Source: Styela clava
Lineage: Eukaryota
Assembly: GCF_964204865.1 (NCBI RefSeq)
Contig: NC_135256.1
Span: 11,160,001 to 11,224,000, forward strand
DNA: 64,000 nucleotides
Direction of reading: 5' to 3'
Below are positions 37,165-52,100 of this stretch, one piece after another. Positions within the stretch are counted from its first letter, which is position 1, and each line of letters starts with the position of its first letter. The notes under the pieces were generated by a model. That model saw only the letters and a list, made by a program, of their open reading frames with translations. It searched no databases and had not been told where the DNA came from. The translations under genes were made by a program, and so were the position numbers.

Positions 37165-40100
37165 ATGGGTTCAACAGATCCCCGAGAATATCTGAGCGGC
37201 GAAAAAGGAGACATGATACTGTTGGATGCGATCACTGATGTTGAAAGAGATAATGACATAAACAAAGTAAGAATATGCCGCATATTGTGCATTTAATAGG
37301 GCGCTCCAGAAGTGTGTGTACCAATATAGAGGTAACTAATTTTGTTCGTCTACTCTGCAAGTTGTATAAAGGGACTGAAACCTACGAGCTATATTCAATT
37401 GGATAACACATACAGTCCCCGAACGTGTAAAAGAACTAAAATAAGGACAATCGGAGTAAAATTATGGCCTAACTCTAACCCGGTACACATACTACAGGAG
37501 TACCTTTAATAGTACACAATGAATGTAGTGCTAGCGCTCATGCTAGCTTAGTAGTCAACGCACTGACCAACTAATTGCCATCGCTGGTAAAAGATTGGGA
37601 TTTCATCCTTCATCAGGTCATTGCTCCATATAATCCGTGAGTATAGAATTGAGGCGCGGCTGTGCCAATACAACAAATTTTGATTATCATAAACTGCTTT
37701 TTTAAAGACTTGTTTAAGGCGGAAGACTTTGTAAGTGGAGTAAAGTGTGATTTATTTCAGAACGGACATTTTACTTATAATCCCATTGTCTATAACAATA
37801 ACTAGTTTTCATGACGCTGTAACGCCATTGTAATTGAACGAATTGGCCTTTTAAAACTTTCGTTATATTATTAATGTTAGAATTTAATCAGAAATGATTT
37901 TGAAATCGAAACACGTTATTCGAGTGCATCTAATCACTGGTAGTAACTAAAATTAACTATCTGTATGCTACGAGACAGGTGTTAGAGGGGGGTCGACAGA
38001 CAGTATACCAAGATTAGGCTAGATTCCCTCAAAAATCCCTAATTAACAACCTAATCCAATCAAATCTTTCAATCAATATTTTCGCAGTTAACAAAAATTG
38101 TTAACTTGAATTGAACATTAACAAACAATATAATGGAGACTTTGAACAAGACAATAATCACCAAAACGATTTTTGTTTTCCCCGGAGCAAGCAATATTAC
38201 TTCAAAGGTTTAAACAAAGGTTTGTAGACTTATTCGCCCATTGGTTAACCATTCACCTGGCTATGAAGCACTGGCTTATAAATTTTACATATATAAGTTG
38301 TTTCTTCAAAAAGTAACCTTTTAAATTATATATATTCATTCCAGGTTCCTGAAGCCATGCCTTTCGACTTGGAACAACAAACAACTACAAAAGATATAGA
38401 GGCAGAACAACAAAATGATATTCCAAAAAGAGAGACGTGGGATAAAAAATTAGATTTCATCATGTCATGTATTGGATTTGCTGTTGGTCTGGGAAACGTT
38501 TGGAGGTTTCCTTATCTATGTTATAAAAACGGAGGAGGTATGTATTATAATGTTAAAAGATAATAACAATTGATATTTTGAAAAAAGATCAATAAAGTCA
38601 CTTGTATTCTGCTGTATAACAATAAAATTTCATGTGGTATAACTAAAGCAAAAACAGCGTTTTATAATTGACTTCAGTTGTAGAATTCAAATAGTATGGG
38701 TTGTATCATGTCTCTTTCCTCTCAAAATTTTTATTGGCTCATGGAATATTTTTAGAGCGGGCGGTTGATGAACAGCTTAACTATATCAGCATTCAATTCT
38801 CATCAGGTAGATGAACATTAGCAAAAGAAGCGATTGTGCGCAAATCACACACGTTTAGTATTGATAGAAACTAGAGTACTATGGTTTCAAGTTAGGAGTG
38901 GGGGTTTGACAGAATCCCAAAATAAAATGTTTTTTCCGCTTTATTTAGAGCCACCTCTCTAGTTACCATTTTCAATATTCTATTTGAATTGTTTCACAGG
39001 AGCATTTCTCATACCATATTGTCTCTTCATTGTCATTGGAGGAGTACCGGTATTTTTCTTGGAAGTATCACTCGGCCAATTCATGAAGCAAGGGGCATTC
39101 GGGATCTGGGACATTTGCCCAATTATGAAAGGTAGACGTTGCGACGTACAATGAATTTACAAAGTTACAAATTTCTCAAACAATTTCGTGACTCACATTT
39201 AAATTTATCAAAACGACCATTAATATCAAGATACTATAGGACTATGTCCCAGTATAAATAGAAGTACAGTATATATAACAGGGTGCCGCAAAAAAACAAA
39301 ACCCGGGCCATTTGAAACATATTCTAGAGAGTACACAACATTTGTGCATAGCCGTCCTAGATTACTGAAACTTATGGATAAAATCACACACGAACAGAAG
39401 CGAAAGTGATAAATAAATTTTTTTCATCTACCTAAGGAAAATTGAGACATTTTGGTTGTGTTTTTGGGTCACTCCGTAGTAGCTCTCAATTCGGTAATAC
39501 TTGATTTTAACAAAAGTATCGAAAATAGTTTTTTTCACAAAATAAATGGAACAGAAGTTATTCATGTGGTCAAATAGGGGTAGGGGTACTCCCGAAGTAT
39601 GTGAACCAGGATGGCGGACACCGGAACGTAGTATGTGTACCAGGTTAGGGTTCGGCCATAATTTAATTCCAATTTTCCTTATTTTAGTTCTATTACGAGT
39701 TCAGGGACTAGCCTAGTGACTCCCGTACTATTTGTACCTGAAATTATGACCTAACCCTAACCTGGTACGCATACTACGTTCCGGTGTCCGCCATCTTGGT
39801 TCACATACTTCAGGAGTACCCAAATAGGATAGCGGGAATTTTGATTTTTCGGACAAAACTATGTAAAATTATGTGAATACCGATAAGTGAATAACGGTAA
39901 CACCTATTCGCGCAGTTAAAATACCTCATCTCATTTTTGAAATTTTTAGGTATTGGGTTTGCATCCACGATCATCGTATTCTTCTGCAACTGTTATTACA
40001 TTATGGTTCTTACATGGGCTATTTATTATTTCTTTCGCTCATTTACATCCATACTGCCGTGGTCAACATGCAACAACCCATGGAACACAGAATTCTGTTC

Positions 40101-43100
40101 CACTAACTTTACAGGTAAATAAATCCAGTTTTTGCTCATAGATTTTATATAGATAGCGAGCTGTAGCCGGAACGCACCGGAGTGCCTTGCGGTTGTTAAA
40201 TATTTTATTGCATTCCTGTTGTTCAAATGTTATTATGTCATGGAATGCTTAGTTTCTTTGGTGAACTCAGTTATTAACTGTAAGTTTTGTAACGTCATAA
40301 TTATTTTTACATCATCGCAGCAGACAAATAATTATAGTACAGCTCTAACGTGTAGTGGATGTTCCCCCGACCTTTGACCCAAGAAAAATTCTATCTATAC
40401 CTTACCAATTAAACATTCCTCATGCTTATTTTGAATATTAATAAGAACATTGCAAGTTATTTTTGATTAAAATTCGTATTCAGTTGATATAAATATATAT
40501 GCTTGTCATTTTACAAAGACATATTACAGGTAAATCCTTCATATTTTTATGTAGCTCTTCGGCTCTATCTTAGGTCAAAAACAATTCCTGTAAGCATCCG
40601 CGGACGTGTTGTAAATATAATAATACATTTTCGCGAATTAGATGCGTTTCGGTTGTTGCGAATTTCCAGCTCATCACTGTAATACACTCTATAGTAGTAA
40701 ACTATGTTAAAATCGCGGATTCGAAGCCCATGTCCATCAATTCGCTAAAGGTGTAATTAATTAGGTAAACAATGCCAAAACGGAAATACTTCAGTCCTTT
40801 CAAACAACAGCAGCTCCTTACTTGTTAGCAACTGCTTGTACAGAGCCATATTCGGAGTCAATACGTCGTATATGAAATCGTATAACTCATTAGTTATTGG
40901 CTTCCCATACAAGTAATTAATTATAAACTTAAATGATGACAAATTCATCACTGGAGGTAAACATGTTTTCTCTTACTCTCGAAATTAGGGCGCTCCGGAA
41001 GTATTCGTACCAAGATGACGCATAACCTGAACAACCCTAACCTGGTACACTACTAAGTTCAGGTTGTGCGCCATCTTGGTACGAATACTTAGGGAGCACC
41101 GAAATTAGGCCTAACCAGTTAGTGTGACCTTAACATGATAAATTGCGCATCCTTTATGAAGTTCATCAATTTGTTAGGGTGATTACTCAAAGGTTGAAAA
41201 CATTACGTCATCAGTTGTAATTGATGTTTTGCGGATGTTGTATTCCGTATTGAACTCGAATAACCATTTACATGGGTCACCTATGGGAGTGAACCGCAAT
41301 ATTATCGAGTTGAGTTTATTGCGAGGTGTTGAAATGCATTTTCTAATTGATTGCACTAGTTATTCTCCGAGAAACGATTCGTCTTGTCATATAGATAGGA
41401 ACTTCATATATTGTATTGTATAAATATCGAAAACTGAATGACTTTAATATATGGCCAAGGGCATTTTCGACTTAAACTCAGCAAAAGGTAATTTATGAGT
41501 TATACAGATATTGTTGTTGATTCCATGAAAAAATTTCTTATCAATATTCCCTCGTTTTTTGTTGGTTTGTGATAATACAATCACGGCTATAAATATGGCA
41601 TAATGCTATTATTATTAGTTTTTCTTTAATTTTACACGTATGTATATATATACTAGTTAAAACTAGTTTTGACAACAATAAGGCCGGAAAACCAATGTGG
41701 TCAGTTTTATTGTTTTCGAGCTCAAGCGATCTAATATTTGCTCAGGCTAGCCGCAACGATTTACTAAATCGGGCCTGCGGTTTTTACTTTAAAAGATATG
41801 GTTGAATCATACACAGACGATTATCACCATCGAACAACTTTATTAATAATAATATTAATGATAAGTCATTTTGAATCGCGTATATCGTACCTTAGTAGTC
41901 ATATCATAACTCTCGCAATTATTATTTTAATTAGTGCAGTCAAGTTTATTTTTTCAACCAGTAAAAAAAATCAATCGTACACAACTTATGATAAAACGAT
42001 AATCGCACAGTTTTACTGAGGACGGGAATCCACGACGAACCAAAACAGGTTATCAACAGCGACACCCAAGAGGCTAATATTTGATTTGAAAAATTGGGAA
42101 TTTAGAGTTTCGAAACTACTGTTATTGACACTTGACAGTGATTACCACTTGAATTTGGCGAACTAACATCGCTTACTGGTGATAGATGATTGGAGCAAAC
42201 TGCTCCTCTGGAAAATAGTTCTGGAAATTTTAAAGGAGACCAGCAGGCCACCCAAGTGTTAGACGATGTTCACCGATATAGATGGTAATAATAAAGGAAA
42301 TAATGCTTCAGCTGTTACTATTCTCACTTATATTATTATTCTCTTTAGCGAACAATTTCACGATGTCAGACAACATAACAAACTTCAACGGATCATCCAT
42401 AGAAATTTCATCACAAAATTTGACAAACATCACAAATGCCAATCTTACTACTAAATGGACGTCTCCTGTTGTTGAATTTTGGGAGTAAGTATATTAGAAC
42501 GAATTATTTAAATGTCTGCAACGCCAACGTAAGGCAAGGATATCAAGCATGCTCGTATTTTACAACGTATTGGACATTAGACATTTTTTGTGACAATGCA
42601 CCATTACCGTGATAACACCGAGTTGCAGAATCTGGCATTGTTTTATATTGGCCTTGATATGAATTAGATATTTTCAAATATTGTATTACGGTAACTATAA
42701 TATCGCCGTTCAGAAAAGGCGTGTGGCACAATAAAAATAGAGGCAGATCAAAAACCATACCCAATTTGAAATAGAATTTGAATGCAGTCTAGATGTGCAG
42801 GTAGAGAATAGTTCATCATTGTACATAATCTAGATTAGAACATGGCTCTTTAAACTGGGGGTCCTGGCCTTCCGATGAGTCGCGAGAGGGCTCAAGGTCG
42901 CGGTACGTTTTAAGAGCACTAATGTAATGACAAGAAAATATACGGGAAAAACAGATTCTAAATCGACAAATCTGGGATGATTTTATTTGAATAAACGAAG
43001 TATTTTGGTTCCTATGGGTAATACTGCTCTAGCTAGAACAACATGTTTAAAGATAAACAACTAATGTTAGAAAGGTATTGGTGCAATTGGTTACTGCAGT

Positions 43101-46100
43101 CACCAGGCATGTTTCCCCGACTCATGGTAATTTTTATTGTTTACTGTTGCTCAAAAACGAGTTGATGTTTACAAACATGCTTGAAAATCTGCACGGCTGT
43201 AAAAATGCAAGAATCGATGCTCGGAAAACATCCGGTTAATATTTTTGACAATCAGTACAGTTTGCTGTGACAAGGGAAACTTGCTATTCTATTTTGCTGA
43301 ACTCTGTGATAAAATCCTATTCCAGTATCGTGTTGTTGGCACCAAATCACTCCAAAGGACGACAATATTTATATTGCTATACCCCAGTAATAGTTAGCAA
43401 TTCTGGGAGGATTCATTATGGGCAACTTGCAATATGTCTCCGGCATCCAAAACTTTTGAACTCGGACTCAGTTTTTTTCGAACCCCCCAAAAAATATATA
43501 TACAGTACAAAATGATTGATTATTTACGCACTCGCCCCACCACTATGAAGTATTCAAGCGTTATCACAAACCTAGCTTCCAGGCCTTTACTACATAACGC
43601 TCAGTTAACTCAAAATAATTAACATTCTGAATGATTGATGGAATGCCGTCGTGGTTAATGAAGCAATATAATATATACACTTAGAAACTCCCCAGGGATA
43701 CCGGCATACGAGGTCGACATCCCACGGTTAGTTGTGGATAAGTAAAAAAAAATATTAATATACTTAGCTATACTGTATACATGTAACTAGTCCTTCTTAC
43801 TGGTCGTGCCTGTGTAATGATCGCCAATATCGTGATTAAATTCCGATGAGCTTCAGGCTAGCTACATGGTTCCCTTGATATTAGTAGGCGGAATTGGGCC
43901 TCATAAGCAGGAAACGAAACAATCCCAGCTATATTAAACTGTTTTGCTCGAAGATTCAACTGCACTAAAAGTAATATGTTGCAATTTCGGGTGATATTTC
44001 CAGCAAACCACAATAGCATAATTCCATGTAGGTTGCTGAGCTATGTGCCGGTAGCTAAAGCTTGGTTAAAGAGTAGATCGTAGTTTTATTATTGCGCAAT
44101 ACAATGCAACATTCATCCTACCGGCACTAACCTTGAGAATGCCCCCGTGTTCATTCTAGCCGCGTAGATTTGGTGAGTTAAATATAAACAAATCAAGCTG
44201 TTACAGCTGTCGTTTAGTGAGATCAGTATTATAGTCTTATATTAAATTCCAAAGTGATTTCGAATCGACTTATAAAAATATATACAATGCGCGGGAACTT
44301 CAGATCACAGTTCGCTTTAGCCAATGAGGATATATACAAGCCCACTGCTACCTATGCGGCCGCAGTGGGCCTCGCACTTTTCCATAGGCCCACACTTATT
44401 CTAGGTGTAAATCATTACAATTAGCCAGGCTCGTAAAATTATTTTAAGTAAAATTGCCTTATTAGTTATTTTGTACTTAATCATTATCTCTGTTCAGACT
44501 GTTCTTCGCCCGGATCCCGCCTTGGTAAAGGTCGGCCCAACTTCAACTGACAATTTTTAATACAGTCATAGAATGATTCCCGCACCATTGACTTAATATT
44601 AATGTCATATATAATTTGTGTGTGTTGACAAAATAGCGTACCGATACAAAATGTTGCGAAATCGGGAGTAAATATATATATATATATATATATGATCTAC
44701 GGTTTTATCCACCACATTCCTGCACGCACAACTGCAAATTGGTGATATATAATTGAAACAAATTATTCGAAAAAATCGTTGAAAGTACCACAATCTTTGT
44801 TTAAGAAATTCGGAACAAACTTCAGGCTAAATACATAAAAAATCGATATTCATTCCCGCGAGAATATATTCAAGTGAAAAATTCACGATTTACACCGACA
44901 GGAGTAAGAATTACACTTTGATGGATATCGCGTAAGGAAGAATCAATTTTTGTAATGGATCATATATCCTGTACTTGTGTTGTAACCCTTAGTGGACCTG
45001 TATTAATTGGAAGACATTTACAAGTGGGCCTACCTTCAAGTAAACGCGCTCATAAATATCTCTAGGAACTCGTGGGCTTAATATCTAGTTGTCAGTACAT
45101 TGAAACTATCTGGTTGGCGTTTAGGATTCCAGATTTTGGTTGCGAAACCTGCATCCAACGCTCTTTCCGTGGTGTACAAAGTGGGTATAGGCTAATTACA
45201 AACATGAATACCTATCTGCTTTTTTAAACATGGACAATACGTATCAGTGTGTACTAACCCAGAGCCTTTGTATCAAACCATATGTATCAATTAATGGCTT
45301 GCATCTTGAAATCTCTCATCACATTCACTACGACCCATAAATTTCTGTTGAATGGCGAACTACGCTTGCGAACCAGTCGATTTAAAGTTTGATGCTCAAG
45401 AATTTATTTCAAAATACATTTTCAATTGAAATTGAAGGCCATGCTGTAGTTTTATGCCATTTTTCTTAAAGTAAATGACCCCACTCAGAATAGACTAAGC
45501 ACTGCAGGTATGAGAAATTATTAACGGACATTATATTTGTTTTGTTATATCTCTTTTCAAATTTCATTCAAAAGAAATTACTCATCAAATCGTAAATCAA
45601 TTTATTCTAGGAGAGAAGTTCTTCAAATAACTTCTGGAATCACTGAACCAGGAGACATAAGATGGCAACTTGTACTTTGTCTTCTGTTGGCTTGGACTGT
45701 TTGTTATATTTGCATTTGCAAGGGAGTTAGAAGCACTGGAAAGGTTTGTTGTTATTTCCCTAGTCTTTGTGATTTAGAGAGAAAGCTTATCATTCATCCT
45801 GATTTAAACAACACAGTTTGATTTATCAGTTGTATGTAGAATTCTACAATGTTCAATTATACAAAATGGTATCCGCGCTAGATTGACGATACGGGCAATT
45901 GGTAGTTACTTTCCTGCCAAAATTCGTATTTGTTCGAAAATTGAGCACACCCCCGGAAAATTCCTTTACTTTACCATTAAAAAATTTTTAATGCCTATTT
46001 TGATAGTGGTTTCGCTATTTGTCGCTTATAAACTGGTTTATATGTTTCAAACCACCTTTTTGATTCAAAACATTCAAGAACCTCTTATCTAAAAGTACTT

Positions 46101-49100
46101 GTACAAGAGTTTAGCCTAATATATATATCACAGATATTTCTAGACTACTTTTTGATTACTGCAATTAAACTAAAACTCATGCGAAGATAAAATGATCATT
46201 AAGTTAATTGATTCATACTAAAATTTCCAAAACAAAACTGAAAACTAACAAATAACATGCAAAAACACGAAAACGAGGTAATGTTCACAACCGTGCCTGA
46301 AATTCTGTCTGAGTGACAGGAGGGCTGAGTAAGGTTGGGACCCCGGGAAATCCCGATCCCGAAATCCCAGTATTTGGACTGTTTGTTTTTTTTCAATTCC
46401 GATCCCGCTATTATTTCCCAGAAATCCCGGGATTTTGAAGCTTTGTTATCCGCATATAGATATTCTCACAAATGGTAGGTTATACCATTTTATTTAATAC
46501 CTTTTTTGAAAAAATGCCATCCACGCTTACAGTTTGAGTCAGTCAGACTGAGTGGAATTATTGTGCAAAATTTTTCTCAAATTTTACCAAGGAATTAATA
46601 TTTCACCTGTAGAATTGTCAATATTGCCGACTTATTTCATCATAATTTGAACTTGAAATAGCATTCAGGATTCACTCAATGTCTTTGCAAGGTCAACTAT
46701 CGACTTCTTAAATATCCGCATTCCGGCATCAAAAAGGATAATATTTTTAGCTTAAAATTGGGACAGTTAATTTACAAACCGTGACAAGAAAGATCAAAGT
46801 CGACCCATGCGATAAAAATAGGAATAAAATTCCAAGTTCAAACCGATATTCGACAATTCGTTAAAAATTTTCGATTTGATGGAAATATACTATTTTACCC
46901 ACCCTTGCGATCTGTAATTACGCGTGGTAGTCCAGACACTGATGCATAAAACTCAATAAAACCTTCATAAATTTAGTAACTTGCACTACTTCACGAAAGC
47001 GTGGTGTAATTGACGATTACTTCATATCTTGGACACAAAAACGGTTATCTTTTTCTGGTAGTTTCTGCGGTCTGAAAAGTCGAATAAGCGTTTCGACATA
47101 TAGCAAATGCTATGATCGGTGACCGTACATTTGAACCCATGTACATTTGAACCCATGCGTATATCCACGGGTTCAATCTATATGCGGGCGCTAAAACCCA
47201 TGGGTTAGGGTTAGTATGGGTTTAACTATCCGTGAAACAAAAAAAATTCCATAGGTGCAATAGCATACAGGTGCAATTGTCATGGGTTCAAATGTACGTG
47301 GGTTCAAATGTAATGGAACCGCTATGATCTTTGCAATCAAATTATGCTTGGGCCTTGCACAAAATTCATAACGTGAAAAGATACTTCCAGCGGTGAAAAT
47401 TGTTTATAACAACGTTTGAAGACCACGTATTACCCGTGCGGCCGCGCAACTTTTACAATAATGTGAGGTGCTCCAAAGACGCTTTCGTAAGTCTCATTTA
47501 CATTAATGTAAGAAAACATTTATAATATCGGTAACTATTAATCATTTGTTCGCGTTCGACTATCGCACTTTTTATGAGTAGAAAATGTTTGTGTTTTGTG
47601 ATAGGTGTGCCGCGAATATTGAAAGAACTAAATAGTGTGCCGCGATATAAAAGAGGTTGAGAACAACTGCCCAAGATGCTCTAATAAAAAAGGTAGAGAA
47701 CCGCTGCCCTAGATGCTCTAATATTTCTGCGTCGATATTACATGAAATAAATATGTGATTTCATTGTTTATTTTAAGTTGTTTCAATCTTTTACCTAATC
47801 TCGAAAAATCTCGGGATTATAAAGATTATAAGGCTCAACCCAGGATATCCCGATGCCGGGATTTCAAAAACTGGTCCCGAAATCCCAACCCTATATAATT
47901 CTGAGTATCGATGACTTCTGCCAAAACATCTATTGTCACGTCACTTTTTGTCAACAAAGAATTCGATGCTCGGGGAAAGATCCATCATCCATTTGCTGTG
48001 ATATATTACTGATTGGTTTCTGCAATCTACTGGCGCATTATCTTGCATTTTGTTTTATTTCAGGTGGTATATTTCACCGCTGTCTTCCCCTATGTCGTAC
48101 TACTTTGTCTGTTAGTTCGTGGCTCAACATTGCCTGGTGCGACTGAAGGAATAAGATTTTATTTGCAACCAAACTGGACCAAGTTAACAGAGGGACAGGT
48201 AGCCTACTTACTAATTGTGTTAAACAATTTATTTGAGTGTACAAAAACCACAACCTATATAGTTGGTTCACTAAAGCTGGAAAAACATACATGAAACATA
48301 CATGTTATATTGAAAAAGTCTGATTTTAGTCAGACGATTAGTTACAGAAATACATTTGTGTTAGTGTGCAGCCGCCAGCAGGACTATTGAGGTGCATAGT
48401 ATAAAAAAATATTCTAATCTATTTTATATCTCTTACATCTCTATCTTTATTACATCTCTACAGTCTAAATGTGCATAAAAAAATATTACGTTTAAAGTAA
48501 TATGGAAGTTTTTTCTGGGAATTTGTGGCCAATCATAAATATTATCCCAGCAGACTTTATAAACGTATTTTATTTAAAATGTCCTTATTAGTTCGAATGG
48601 TTGAATGTAAAAAGAAAACGTAATCTTTTATACGTGATCTGCTTTTTCAGGTTTGGGTTGATGCAGGAACTCAAATATTTTTTTCATACGCCATCGGTCT
48701 TGGTGCTTTGTCTGCTCTTGGAAGTTACAACGTGTATCATAATGATTGTTACAAGTAAGACAACGTTAAAAATGTTAATACTAGTGAAGAAGAATATCTA
48801 GCTATCGGTAGTGAAACCATCGAGTATATAATATATATTGAAGCAGGAAATTTTACTTGAAACAAGGGTGTGAAGCCTGCGGCCGACGGGTCAAATGCGG
48901 CCCTCAAGAAAAATTTATGTGGCCCGCGAAGAAGTGCCAATTTTGAATTATGTGCGGCCCTTGAAACGAGTTTTAAATTTATTTTAATCCGATACGTGCG
49001 AGTATTTCCAATTCCTTTTAGGGATGCGACAAGATTCGGACTCGTGCTCGGATTCGTGGCCGAATCTCTCGTAATTTGATACTCGGATTCGGCCCGAGTC

Positions 49101-52100
49101 TTTGATGATTTTACCCGAGTCCGGGATATCATACGTCACGCGATAGTCAAGCGCAGACTGGTGGCGGATTCGACGAGAAATTCAACTTTTTCGTTCTGTT
49201 TTGCCACGAGACTGTCCAGTCTATTTTCTCTACGGTGAAATTAAAACTAGGCGCCAAAACTACAAATTCACGACGCCGTAAGAACAAAAAAATGTCAGCG
49301 AAAGTCAGCTGAATAAATTCCAGTGTTGCGCGTGTAGCTTGCCTTCCAGTGCCAGACGTCATTTAGTGAATGTTTACCACGTCCTATTTCAAGCATATAC
49401 TTGCTAATCCTCTAACAGTGATTAATCCGTAATCAGCGGTAACCATGTCGCGCTGTTCGCCTTTTATCGTTCCATAAATGATCTAGCTATTTCCGGAGAG
49501 AAACAAATGTTAGAAATAAAACGATAAAATAGTGAAAATTACGGTTCTTTTAAGAGAAAAGTACAACTCGCAGATGTCAGTGGCGTTACAATCGTATATA
49601 TGTACAAAAACAATCTCGCAAGTCGCATCGATTAAATGTGCATAAATTTGGAAGCTATTACGCGTGGTAATTGGATGTTAATCGGGCCGACTTTTTATTT
49701 TTATTCAATAATTATTTACATACACCGCGATTAGTGACGGGCAAAATCGAATTTTTCCTGATAGAATAATTCGACTACCGTATTTCTTTTAATTCACCGA
49801 TAGTAAAAAATTACTACAAGACTGGAGACTCGATAACAACGCGGCGTCTTTACTTCTTATCCGTAATTTTATCACAATCGTGAATTGTTTCGGCGACCGA
49901 CATCCTAATTATGGTTGGTAAACTATATTTTTAAAGCACCCTTTTTCACTATCAGTTCTCACGCAACGCCGGACATCGAAGTTTCGTTTTTATATTTCAG
50001 GCAGAAGTGTGAGTACAAATCGGTGAAGATATTAAAGACATCTATTAATTAGTGAATTCATAAATATATTAATTTTATTCTGGCCTCATCTTCTGGATTT
50101 GATCTTCCATATCACAGTTTGTAAATTACGGTCCCTATTTTAAGCGAACAATACCTATCGTGGCTGTGTTATTTTAATATTAGATAATAAATAAAAACTC
50201 CGGAAATTTACCATTGCGTGCTGTTTCGAGTTATGGCATTTCTACCTAGTCGAAACAATATTTCCATATAATATATAATTTACCTGCCTCACTTAATCTG
50301 GTTTGACCTTTCTATATGTGAAAAGGTGTTGGCGCGCTTTATGCAAAATTGAGAATTGTTAAGATAACGATAGGCGCAGAAAGAAAACCATAATAATTCT
50401 CACATTTATCGTTTCTGTCTGTTAGCGAGAGTCGTATGTGAATTCTTACTCGTAACTCTCACTTCTAAATTAATGTTAATAAATTTGATTTTGCTTTTCA
50501 AAGCGCCGTTATTTGTATTAATGAAAATGATTGTGTCATACAGCCGTAACCTAGCATATAACACATTTCGCCTTTTGCGTCTCTTTCATTGAATCAAAAT
50601 CAACAATTACACATTCTTATTTTCCACGGATTCGACAATAGCTATTGATGGTTTTCAAACGAAGAATAGCTAGCTATTTTGTTACGATATATTTATAAGA
50701 TACATTTATTCGATGCTTCCACAGTTGGCAATTCTTTATTAATATCTCAATTATCACGGAGTGGGCGTCTGTATCAGCGCCGACTAAAAAAGATAACATA
50801 TGAGTAAAAATTTCCCATAAAAAATTTGTTCCAAACGTGTGGGTTATGGCCCGTATTTATCGTGACAGGACACGAGCGCGGCGTCTTCAGCAGTCGACGC
50901 GGCGGTCGATCAGAGTTACGTAACAAAGTATTCCTTCCACGGGGAATATGACCTATTTATTCTTATTTAAACTAGTCGCTCAGAGAATGATTGTCTCGAA
51001 AGCAATAGTGTTTAAGTGCAACGTTTTTAAATTACATAGTCTTTCCATACAGAATGTTTAATTTACGGCCAATATACGAGAACAACAGCATCACTTTAGG
51101 TATTTGTTTCGTAGCTATGTAAAAGTATTGGACTCGGGACTCGGACACGAGTCCAGCACAAATACTCGGGATTCGGCCGAGCCGAACCTTTTTGGATTCG
51201 TCGCATCCCTAATTCCTTTGTGTTGCGAAGACTGTACCTGAGTCCAATTTATCTATGACGTTACAATGCCTTAACAGCTAGCTTGTGCGAACAACGCATG
51301 TCATGAGATCAATAATCAACATTTTTGTGCCTGCAACTACTAGATAGCCTATGTTAAATAAAGTTGCGACCCGCGGTTTCAGCCAGTTATTTCTATTTGG
51401 TCTTCTTGTTTTGAAGGTTGCACACCCCTGATTTAAAAACCGTTCACCATTGTTGTTTTTTCTTACCAGGGACTGCTTCATTCTCGCTATCGTCAACTCC
51501 GCCACTAGTTTCTTCTCTGGCTTTGCAATTTTTGCATTTCTGGGCTTTATGGCATACGAACAAAATGTACCTGTTTCAGAAGTGGCAGAGTCTGGCCCAG
51601 GCCTGGCATTTCTGGCATATCCGAAAGGCGTTACTATGATGCCACTGTCGCCACTATGGTCCTGTTTATTTTTTTTCATGATATTACTTTTGGGACTCGA
51701 CAGCCAGGTATGTTAGGCTAAAAATAAATTTGTAATTCTCCTTCTTTGTTTTTATTCTCAAAATACACGTCAATTTTCTAAAAATTGAAAACAATTTTGA
51801 GATTGTGCTTTAGTACAAGAGTAGACGAACGTTATTGCTAACACAAGCTGATTGCTAATGCAATAATGGATAGAATCCCAGTCTAAAGCAATTTATTGAC
51901 AGTGCGCCTTATAACAGGGTGCGCCGTGTGCTCCGCAAAAGAAGGTAATTGCTATTGAACATGTTTCTTCGACACAGTGATATTATGAGTTCGACTTATA
52001 TTCTTTTATTGCTTTTCAGTTCGTTGGTGTAGAAGGCTTCATCACTGCACTAACTGATTTATTTCCACGTCAACTACGCAGAAGACGAGAATTATTTGCT

